Below, in pieces: positions 1 through 6,883 of a stretch of 42,058 bases of DNA (within the stretch, counting starts at the first letter, position 1; each line of letters opens with the position of its first letter). The position numbers were made by a program, and so were the translations under genes. Where the stretch lies: assembly GCA_050012715.1 (NCBI GenBank), contig JBEKGQ010000004.1:1-42058 (forward strand). The letters are read 5' to 3'. This stretch comes from Polyangiaceae bacterium. Lineage in GTDB: Bacteria; Myxococcota_A; Polyangia; Polyangiales; Polyangiaceae. A model generated the notes under the pieces. That model was not told the origin of the DNA, searched no databases, and saw only the letters and a list, made by a program, of their open reading frames with translations.

Positions 1-2
1 CG

Positions 3-470
3 ATGGAGGTCGTGTTTCTCACCCAGGCCGAGGCCGAGCGGCCGGTCTACGACTACGAGTGCAAGCAGCACTGGCAGCAGCACGTGCGCTACGAGTGCCC
101 CGCGAACCTGACGAAGGACGAGCTGCGCGCGGTCGAGAAGGCCTGCCGGTCGACGTTCATGACCCTCGGCTGCCGCGACGTCGGGCGCGTCGACGTGCGC
201 CTCGCGCCGGACGGCAAGGTCTACGTCCTCGAGGTGAACCCGCTGCCGGGGCTCACCCCGGACTACAGCGATCTGTGCCTCATCGCGAACGGCGCGAAGA
301 TCGACTACCGCACGCTCATCGGGGAAATCATGAGCGGCGCCATCAAGCGCTGGCAGGGGCGCCAGCGGGTGCCGACCGACCGCGTGGACGAATCGCCGGC
401 GCAGGTGCCGGTGGTCACCGCCCCCGCCGAGCGGGATGCGAGCACCACCGACGTCACCGCCACGAATTGA
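3..470 (+). CDS. D-alanine--D-alanine ligase-family (ATP-grasp) protein, C-terminal fragment; the true 5' end is probably left of the window
   Basis: The ORF abuts the window edge. It carries the ATP-grasp/Ddl C-terminal signature RDVGRVDVRLAPDGKVYVLEVNPLPGLTPDYSDL...IDYRTLIGEI, followed by a ~45-aa low-complexity tail. At 155 aa it is too short for a full Ddl. Confidence 0.75.
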   Translation: MEVVFLTQAEAERPVYDYECKQHWQQHVRYECPANLTKDELRAVEKACRSTFMTLGCRDVGRVDVRLAPDGKVYVLEVNPLPGLTPDYSDLCLIANGAKIDYRTLIGEIMSGAIKRWQGRQRVPTDRVDESPAQVPVVTAPAERDASTTDVTATN

Positions 471-515
471 CGGGCCCTTTGCCCCAGGGGCTCGCCCGCG
501 CGGTATCCTTGTCGG

Positions 516-2840
516 ATGGGCAGCTTTGCGCATCGGGTCCTCTTCGTCTGGCTCACGGTGCTCGGCCTGGCCGCGAGCGCCGCCGCGTGCGGCAGCAACG
601 GCAACGGGAGCACCTTCACCGACGCCTCGGTGGGGGGAGACGGAGCCTCCTCCGGCGGCGACGGCGGAGCCACCGGCGACGGGCCCCCGTCTTTCACCGA
701 CGGCTCGTCCTTCGGCGAAGGCGGCACCAACCAGGGCACGCTCGCGATCGACCCGCCGAACCCGACCCTCGCGATCACCAACGGCACGGTGCCGACGCAG
801 GCCTTCACGTCGACGCTGACCCTGAACGGCGTCACGCAGACCGTGACGTCCACCTGGTCCCTCGCCGACTACACGCTGGGCACGATCAGCCCGTCCGGCA
901 CCTTCACCCCGCAGGGCTCCATCGCCGGCACCGCCACCGTCATCGCGACCTACGGCATGGCGAAGGCGCAGACCACGGTCGCCATCACGGTGAGCCTGAG
1001 CGCGCAGCTCGGCAGCGTGACGCTCCCCGACGGGACCACGATTCCGCAGAGCGCCACCGGCATCTCGGCCCCGAACCTCACCGCGCTGCAGGGAACCCCC
1101 ACCGGCGACGACGCCGGGACGCCGACGACCATCATCTACCCGTACGACCAGACCGTCTTCCCGCTCGGCCTCCTCGCCCCCGTCGCCGAGTTCTCGGCCG
1201 GGTCGATCGCTCCGGTCGACTTCAAGATCAGCCTCGACACGACGAGCTTCCACTGGGACGGCTACGGGCACGTCGGCAACCCGGCGCAGCTCCAGGCGGC
1301 GATCCCGCAGGCGATGTGGGACGGCGCGCTCGCCAGCGCGACGCAGTCGACCCCGCCGGCGAACGTCGTGCTCTCGATCGTGAAGGCCGCGAACGGCGTC
1401 GCGTACGGGCCGGCGCAGGCGCACCTCGTCATCGCGCCCGGGCAGCTGACGGGCGTCATCTACTACGAGAGCTACAGCTCCGACACGCTCCCCGAGGGCG
1501 GGACGGACTTCGGCCTCTGGGCGGTGAAGCCCGGGGTCACGCAGCCACCGTCGCACCTGCAGCCGGGATGCGTCATCTGCCACGGCGTGGCGGCGTCGGG
1601 GAACACGATCACGATGGGCACCGACGACTCGACGGTGGGCGACCTCACCGGCGTCTACCGGATCGAGGCGGACGGCGGCTACACGCAGCTCGCGACGTCC
1701 CCGGCCAACCTCCCGTACCCGATCACGAGCATCGACTCGCGCGGCCTCGGGTGGGGGACGAACAGCCCCGACGGCAAGGTCGTCCTGCGCGCGCTGAACC
1801 AGTTCTGGGGCGGGGAGACGCTGCTCGCGTGGTCGGTCCCCGGGTCGCCGCTCGTCGACGACGCGGGCGTCGTTCAGCCGCTGTCGACGACGATGACGGT
1901 GAACGGCGACTTCAACATGTTCGTGCCGGAGTACTCCGTCGACGGGAACCACCTCGTCTACGTCAACGCGACGAACCCCGCCGGCACCGGCAGCGCGGGC
2001 GCGGCGAGCCAGTCCATCGGCATCGTCGACATCGCGACCGCGCTCGTGGACGGCGGATCGGGCGGCTCGGTCACGCTGAGCAACCCGCAGACGATCTACG
2101 ACTCGACGGTCGCGGACGCGGGCATCGGCGCCGGCGCCTTCACGAAGGTGCCGACGTTCCTCCCCGACTCGAAGAGCGTCGTCTTCGAGGAGACGCACTC
2201 GACGCAGCAGTCCGAATACAACTACATGCTGCCCGACTACATCGACGAGGTGCACTACGTCGACGGGGCGCTCGCGATGCTGCAGCCGGCGTCGGGCGGC
2301 GGCTACGTCCGGGTCACGCTTTCGAACGCGAACGCGGGCTCGCAGGCCGCCTTCGCGACGCAGAACTACGAGCCGAAGCCGCTGCCGGTGCAGGTGGGCG
2401 GCTACTACTGGGTCGTCTTCGCGAGCTTCCGGACCGACGGGTACCCGACGCTGGCGACGCCGAAGAAGCTATGGGTGACGGCGATCTCGCCGGGGGCGGC
2501 GCCCGGCAGCGACCCGAGCCACCCGCCGTTCACGCTCGTCAACCAGGCCATCGTGGCGCCGCAGCAGTCGCAGCGCGCCTACTGGGCGCTCGCGCCGTGC
2601 CAGGGAATGGGCGGAAGCTGCGCGACGGACAACGACTGCTGCACCGGGAGCTGTCTGCCCCAGTCGGACGGAGGCGTGACGACGCTGGTGTGCGGGACGC
2701 CGAGCACGGGCTGCGTGGCGACCGGGTCGCGCTGCGACGCAGGGCAGTCGCAGGAGTGCTGCGGAGCCGCGCAGGGAGTGCAGTGCATCGGGACGCTCAA
2801 CGGCTACGGCACGTGCAACGCCCCGGGCGCCGCGCAGTAA
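516..2840 (+). CDS. Large secreted lipoprotein: Gly/Ser/Asp linker, Big_2-like Ig domain, single CxxCH motif, PD40/TolB-like repeat region, C-terminal Cys-rich modules
   Basis: Signal peptide plus lipobox LAASAAAC-GS. Ig-like segment ...GTATVIATYGMAKAQTTVAITV. CVICH encoded at 1569-1583. PD40-like strings SPDGKVVL, VDGNHLVYV, LPDSKSVVFEE. The last ~80 aa contain 12 Cys, including two CC doublets (CATDNDCCTGSC..., CDAGQSQECCGAAQGVQC...). High GC3 throughout. Confidence 0.8.
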   Translation: MGSFAHRVLFVWLTVLGLAASAAACGSNGNGSTFTDASVGGDGASSGGDGGATGDGPPSFTDGSSFGEGGTNQGTLAIDPPNPTLAITNGTVPTQAFTSTLTLNGVTQTVTSTWSLADYTLGTISPSGTFTPQGSIAGTATVIATYGMAKAQTTVAITVSLSAQLGSVTLPDGTTIPQSATGISAPNLTALQGTPTGDDAGTPTTIIYPYDQTVFPLGLLAPVAEFSAGSIAPVDFKISLDTTSFHWDGYGHVGNPAQLQAAIPQAMWDGALASATQSTPPANVVLSIVKAANGVAYGPAQAHLVIAPGQLTGVIYYESYSSDTLPEGGTDFGLWAVKPGVTQPPSHLQPGCVICHGVAASGNTITMGTDDSTVGDLTGVYRIEADGGYTQLATSPANLPYPITSIDSRGLGWGTNSPDGKVVLRALNQFWGGETLLAWSVPGSPLVDDAGVVQPLSTTMTVNGDFNMFVPEYSVDGNHLVYVNATNPAGTGSAGAASQSIGIVDIATALVDGGSGGSVTLSNPQTIYDSTVADAGIGAGAFTKVPTFLPDSKSVVFEETHSTQQSEYNYMLPDYIDEVHYVDGALAMLQPASGGGYVRVTLSNANAGSQAAFATQNYEPKPLPVQVGGYYWVVFASFRTDGYPTLATPKKLWVTAISPGAAPGSDPSHPPFTLVNQAIVAPQQSQRAYWALAPCQGMGGSCATDNDCCTGSCLPQSDGGVTTLVCGTPSTGCVATGSRCDAGQSQECCGAAQGVQCIGTLNGYGTCNAPGAAQ

Positions 2841-2870
2841 CGGGGCCCGGGAAACGGGAAACGGGACCCC

Positions 2871-3068
2871 GGCCGACCCGAGGAGGACCCTCGACGCCCT
2901 CGCCACCGGCCCGGCCGACCCGAGGAGGACCCTCGACGCCCTCGCCACCACCCCGGCCGACCTCGCCGGGACCTTCAACGCCCCGGCCGGGGCCTTCAAC
3001 GCCCCCGCCGGGGCCTTCAACGCCCTCGCCGGGACCTTCAACGCCCTCGCCGGGACCTTCGACGTCCT
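2871..3068. repeat. Tandem direct-repeat array: 42-bp unit x2 (40/42 identical, starts 2871 and 2913), a third start at 2955 that degenerates into five copies of a 21-bp unit (core ccttcaacgcc at 2972, 2993, 3014, 3035, 3056)
   Basis: Read directly from the sequence. The 21-nt phasing of the core motif is exact, and the second half of the 42-mer (gaccctcgacgccctcgcc) is related to the 21-mer (gaccttcaacgccctcgcc). The array lies in the convergent gap between stop codons at 2840 (+) and 3123 (-). A short gggaaac x2 repeat sits at 2849-2862. Confidence 0.9.
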
Positions 3069-3122
3069 ACCCTTCGGCTCGGTCGGGTCGGAGCGACGCG
3101 CTCCCGCGCACGCCGACCGGGT

Positions 3123-4586
3123 TCACTTGCGCCCGCGGAAGAGGAAGCCCGCGTCGAGCTGCAACGGATCGGGCGCGGGCGGAGGCTGCCCCGCGGTGGC
3201 GGCGGCGACCGGCGGCTCCGCGCTCACCGTGGGTCGCACGACCTTGCGCCCGGCGAGGCGCGCGGCCTGAGGCGCCGCGGGAGCCGTCGCCGCCGATGCC
3301 ACGTCGTCCGGGGCGTGGCCGCTCGGCGCGGTCGGCGTGCTCGCGGCGGCGGAGGGCAGTGTCGCGCTCACGGGCATATCCGACGGCGGCACCGGGCGGC
3401 TCGAGGCAGCCACCGTCTGCGCGGGCGCGGCGGTCCCCCTCGGGAGCACCACCCACGCGACCACGACCGCCGCGGCACCGGCGACCACGACGGCTATTGC
3501 GGCCAGGGCCATCCGTGCCGACGTGCGCCCCGGGGCGCGCCCGAGATCGCGGACGATTGGGTTGTCGCTCATCGTGTCCAGCGATCCGCCGATGCGGCCG
3601 ACGCGCGCGGCGGAGGCTGCGCCGTCCTTCGACGCGAACGGCGCGAGCGCCTCCGCGAGCGCGTGCACCGACGCGAACCGCTGCGCGGGCTCCTTGGCCA
3701 TGCAGCGGTGGATGGCCGCCTGCAGCGGGGCCGCCGCCCCCGGGACGCGGGGGGCGGGCGCGAACATCACCCGCGCGCGCAGCTCTTCGAGGGTGCCACC
3801 GTCGAACGGCGGCTGCCCGGTGAGAAGCTCGAACAGGATGACCCCCAGCGCCCAGACGTCCGCGCGGGCGTCGACGTCGGCGGGCGACCGGATCTGCTCC
3901 GGGGCCATGTAGCGCGGCGAGCCGATGAGGGCGCTGCCGCGCGTGATCCGGTCTCGCCCCGGGGGCGGCTCGGAGGCCGGGGCGCTCGGCGGATCGTCGA
4001 CGCGCGAGGACGAGGCGGCGGTCTCGTCGAGCTCCGGCCCGACGTCGGCGGCCGGCGCGATCTTGGAGACGCCGAAATCGAGGACCTTGACGCACGGCGT
4101 GCCGTCGACCCTCTTGGTGAGAAACAGGTTCGCCGGCTTCAGATCGCGATGCACGACCCCGAGGACGTGCGCCTCGGCGATCGCCTCGCTGGCCTGGAGG
4201 ATGTAGTCGACGGCGAGAGTGGGCGCGAGCGGGGCACCGGCGTCGAGGAGAGCGCCGAAGTCCTGCCCCACGAGGCACTCCATGGCGATGAACGGAGACC
4301 CGTCGTCGAGCGTCCCGACGTCGAAGATCCGGACGACGTGCTCGCCCCGCAGGCTCATGGCGACCCGGGCCTCACGGAGAAATCGCTCCACCCCGCCGCG
4401 ACGGGCCGCGGCCTCCGGGTGGAGGAGCTTGATCGCGATGCGCTGCCGGAGGTGCACGTGCGTCGCGGCGAGGACGACCCCCATGCCGCCCGTGCCGAGC
4501 ACCGCGTCGACGCGGTACTTCCCGGCGAGGGTCGCTCCGATCGGGACACTGGACGGACTGCGCACTCCGGGACGAGGATATCGCAT
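3123..4586 (-). CDS. Hanks-type Ser/Thr protein kinase, single-pass membrane protein with a Pro/Ala-rich extracytoplasmic tail
   Basis: G-loop GTGGMGVV; catalytic Lys context IAIKLL; HRDLKPANLFL; DFGVSK; SPRYMAPEQ. TM segment MALAAIAVVVAGAAAVVVAWVVL lies after the kinase domain. The start is taken at ATG MRYPRPG (first base 4586), 21 aa before the kinase domain. The track ORF extends to 5114 from a GTG, but that stretch overlaps the well-supported opposite-strand gene. Confidence 0.9.
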   Translation of the reverse strand: MRYPRPGVRSPSSVPIGATLAGKYRVDAVLGTGGMGVVLAATHVHLRQRIAIKLLHPEAAARRGGVERFLREARVAMSLRGEHVVRIFDVGTLDDGSPFIAMECLVGQDFGALLDAGAPLAPTLAVDYILQASEAIAEAHVLGVVHRDLKPANLFLTKRVDGTPCVKVLDFGVSKIAPAADVGPELDETAASSSRVDDPPSAPASEPPPGRDRITRGSALIGSPRYMAPEQIRSPADVDARADVWALGVILFELLTGQPPFDGGTLEELRARVMFAPAPRVPGAAAPLQAAIHRCMAKEPAQRFASVHALAEALAPFASKDGAASAARVGRIGGSLDTMSDNPIVRDLGRAPGRTSARMALAAIAVVVAGAAAVVVAWVVLPRGTAAPAQTVAASSRPVPPSDMPVSATLPSAAASTPTAPSGHAPDDVASAATAPAAPQAARLAGRKVVRPTVSAEPPVAAATAGQPPPAPDPLQLDAGFLFRGRK

Positions 4587-5892
4587 GGGGCCGCACCCGT
4601 CCGCCCGCCCATCGGCCCGCCGGCGACCACGGTCGTCGGCGTGCATGGTCCTCGCGGGCGCGGTCGCCGTCATCGCCGGGTGCAACGCGATTCTCGGTAC
4701 GCCCGATCCGGAGCTCGCGCCCGACGGCGGCGCGGAAGCGAGCGTCACCGCGGACGGCGCCGCCGGCGTGGACGCGACCATGCAGGACGGCACGACGGCA
4801 GACGGCACGACGGCAGACGGCACGGCGGACGGGGGCCAAGCGACCGACAGCGCGTCCCAGGACGCGCCCGGACCGGACTCGCCGACGGACGATGACGCCG
4901 AGGGGGATGCGTCGGCGCCCCTTCCGCCGAGCTGCCCCCCGGACGGAGGCCCCGGGGTGACGACCTGCGGAACGGCCGGAGACAGCTGCTGCGGCAGTCT
5001 CCCGGTGCCCAGCGGTACGTACTTTCGCGCGTACGCCGTGTTGAACGGCGTGGCGACCGACTTCGGCGAGCAGGCGACGGTGAGCGCCTTCCGGCTCGAC
5101 AAGTACGAGGTCACCGTCGGTCGATTCCGTCAGTTCGTGATGGCCTCGAAGACGTGGGTGGCTCCTCCTCCGGGCTCGGGGATCCACACGTACCTTCGGG
5201 ACGGCGGGGGCCTCGAGGAGACCATCGACGGATCGGCGACCTACGAGACGGGGTGGGATCCCTCGTGGAACGTCGACCTCTCGCAGATAGACGGCGGCGG
5301 CCAGGGTCACTGGGACAACACCCTGACCTCCTGCGGCGCCGCCTCGACGTGGACGAACGCTCCTTCGACCCAGGAGAGCCTGCCGATCAACTGCGTCGAC
5401 TGGTACGAGGCCTACGCGTTCTGCATCTGGGATGGGGGCTTTCTGCCGAGCGAGGCCGAATGGGAGTACGCCTCCGCCGGTGGCATCGACTACCGCAAGT
5501 ATCCCTGGGGTGCAGCGGACCCCGGCGTACAGAACCTGTACGCGATCTACGGTTGCAACTACCCGGACGGTGGCCAGGTGGGCGTCGACGCGGCCGGAAC
5601 GTGCATGTCGGTCGCGAACATCGCTCCCGTCGGGAGCGCGCCGATGGGAGCCGCCGCGTGGGGTCAGCTCGACATGGGCGGGAACATCTTCGAGTGGACC
5701 CTCGACTGGTACGACGCGGCGTGGATCCTCCCGTGCGACGACTGCGCGCAGCTCGTGCCGACGCCGTTCCGCTCGACCCGCGGCGGGAACTGGTGGGTCT
5801 ACGACGTACCGATGCTCGCGAACAACCGGACTTGGTACACGCCCATCACGCGCGACTTCAAGGGAGGCATCCGCTGCGCGCGGGCGCCCTGA
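4585..5892 (+). CDS. Formylglycine-generating-enzyme (FGE/SUMF1, FGE-sulfatase) domain lipoprotein
   Basis: Arg-rich n-region then MVLAGAVAVIAG-C lipobox, followed by an acidic Thr/Asp/Gly linker with DGTTADGTTADGTADGG. FGE-sulfatase motifs: FRLDKYEVTVGRF, INCVDWYEAYAFCIWDGGFLPSEAEWEYASAGG, STRGGNWW. SD-like GACGAGGA lies 7 nt upstream of ATG 4585. The alternative start ATG 4645 would lack a charged n-region. Confidence 0.85.
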   Translation: MGPHPSARPSARRRPRSSACMVLAGAVAVIAGCNAILGTPDPELAPDGGAEASVTADGAAGVDATMQDGTTADGTTADGTADGGQATDSASQDAPGPDSPTDDDAEGDASAPLPPSCPPDGGPGVTTCGTAGDSCCGSLPVPSGTYFRAYAVLNGVATDFGEQATVSAFRLDKYEVTVGRFRQFVMASKTWVAPPPGSGIHTYLRDGGGLEETIDGSATYETGWDPSWNVDLSQIDGGGQGHWDNTLTSCGAASTWTNAPSTQESLPINCVDWYEAYAFCIWDGGFLPSEAEWEYASAGGIDYRKYPWGAADPGVQNLYAIYGCNYPDGGQVGVDAAGTCMSVANIAPVGSAPMGAAAWGQLDMGGNIFEWTLDWYDAAWILPCDDCAQLVPTPFRSTRGGNWWVYDVPMLANNRTWYTPITRDFKGGIRCARAP

Positions 5893-5910
5893 GCGCGCTC
5901 CGGCGCCAGC

Positions 5911-6837
5911 TCAAGGAGCGTGCGGCGCGGTGAGCCAGACGATGCCGGCCGCGGCGAGCAGCGCCCCGCTGACGACGAACGAGACGGTCGACGCGTCCCC
6001 GTTCCATCGCGAGCTCGTTCGGTCCGAGTAGCCCGTCGAATCGCACTGGTTCCCCGGACACAGCGGGTTTGCGCGCGACTCCAGCGACGCCGCTTGCAGC
6101 CCGAAGTACGTGCCGGGGACCAGCCCGGCAAGGCCGAGGCCCCCGAGCGCCAGCGCGACGATGCGCTGCGAGCTGCTCGCGGTCCCGGACGATGCCTCGC
6201 TGGTCCGCGGCGTCATGGCGGCCGACGGCGCGACCACGACCGGTTCGACGGCGGCCCTCGGCAGGAGCGGCGGGACGTCGAGCGTGACCGTGGTGCCCTC
6301 GCCCGCGACGCGCGCGGTCGTCTTCCACGGGAGCAACCCCGCCGCGGACGCCTCGACCTCGTGCGGCCCCGGATCGACCTCGCGCGGCTGCCCCCACTCC
6401 GAGGAGGGCAACAGCGCGCCATCGACGCGGATCTCGAGCGCCGCCTGCGGCGGCGAGGCGACCTGCAGGACGAGGTGCGCCACCCGCCCCTGGAGCTTCA
6501 CGTTCAGGTCGTGCGCCACCACCTCGCGCTCGGTCTGACCCGCGGCGTGCGTCTCTTCCACGACGCGCCGGTACATCCCGCGCGCGCTGGCGAAGCGACC
6601 CACGAGCTCGTAGCAACGGGCGAGGTTGAACTCCGTCCCGATCCCCGGGTCCTGGGCCTCGCTCGCCTCGAGCTTGGCGCACGCCTCGGCGTATTGCCCA
6701 TCCGCCATGAGGACGCGGGCCTCGTCGAACAGCTTCGCGGCATCCGCGGGAGCGGGCAGCGACTGAGCCCCCGCGCGAAGCGTGTGGAGGAAGACGGCGA
6801 CGGCCCCGCCGAGGGCGGCTGCGCGGAAGAGCCCCAC
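5911..6837 (-). CDS. Exported/membrane protein with TPR-like N-terminal region, PEGA-like beta domain and C-terminal TM helices
   Basis: GTG start at 6837 gives the signal-like sequence GLFRAAALGGAVAVFLHTLRAGAQS. TPR-like segment DGQYAEACAKLEASEAQDPGIGTEFNLARCYELVGRFASA. PEGA-like segment LEIRVDGALLP...GPHEVEASAAGLLPWKTTARV. Hydrophobic segments IVALALGGLGLAGLV and VSFVVSGALLAAAGIVWL. The start codon choice is uncertain. Confidence 0.6.
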   Translation of the reverse strand: MGLFRAAALGGAVAVFLHTLRAGAQSLPAPADAAKLFDEARVLMADGQYAEACAKLEASEAQDPGIGTEFNLARCYELVGRFASARGMYRRVVEETHAAGQTEREVVAHDLNVKLQGRVAHLVLQVASPPQAALEIRVDGALLPSSEWGQPREVDPGPHEVEASAAGLLPWKTTARVAGEGTTVTLDVPPLLPRAAVEPVVVAPSAAMTPRTSEASSGTASSSQRIVALALGGLGLAGLVPGTYFGLQAASLESRANPLCPGNQCDSTGYSDRTSSRWNGDASTVSFVVSGALLAAAGIVWLTAPHAP

Positions 6838-6883
6838 GTGTCCGACGCTACCATGACGTCCCGGCCCGGTCGGGCCTCGCTCG

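Noticed and set aside
2871-3068. Tandem array as a CRISPR locus
   Set aside because: The repeats are directly adjacent with no unique spacers, the units are 21/42 bp and degenerate, and there is no leader or cas gene nearby.
2469-3122. TGA read-through or recent truncation of the Ser/Thr kinase into the repeat array (same frame stays open for 218 codons; heptad KVPARAL/KAPAGAL repeats)
   Set aside because: That reading uses rare AGG and TTG codons in every repeat and gives Arg-rich junk. It would also overlap the clearly coding Cys-rich C-terminus of the convergent lipoprotein by ~370 nt. The shared wobble phase is better explained by the + strand frame discussed in the findings.
59-3823. 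1254-aa + strand ORF, the longest in the track
   Set aside because: Its composition is Arg/Pro/Ala/Gly-dominated with no domain signatures. It runs out of frame across the Ddl fragment and the lipoprotein gene and antisense to the kinase, so it is a typical high-GC open-frame artefact.
5891-5900. GAGCGCGCTC 10-bp palindrome between the convergent FGE and TPR/PEGA genes as a terminator
   Set aside because: It has no loop, is very short, and such palindromes are frequent in GC-rich DNA. It overlaps the stop codon region and I consider it insufficient evidence.
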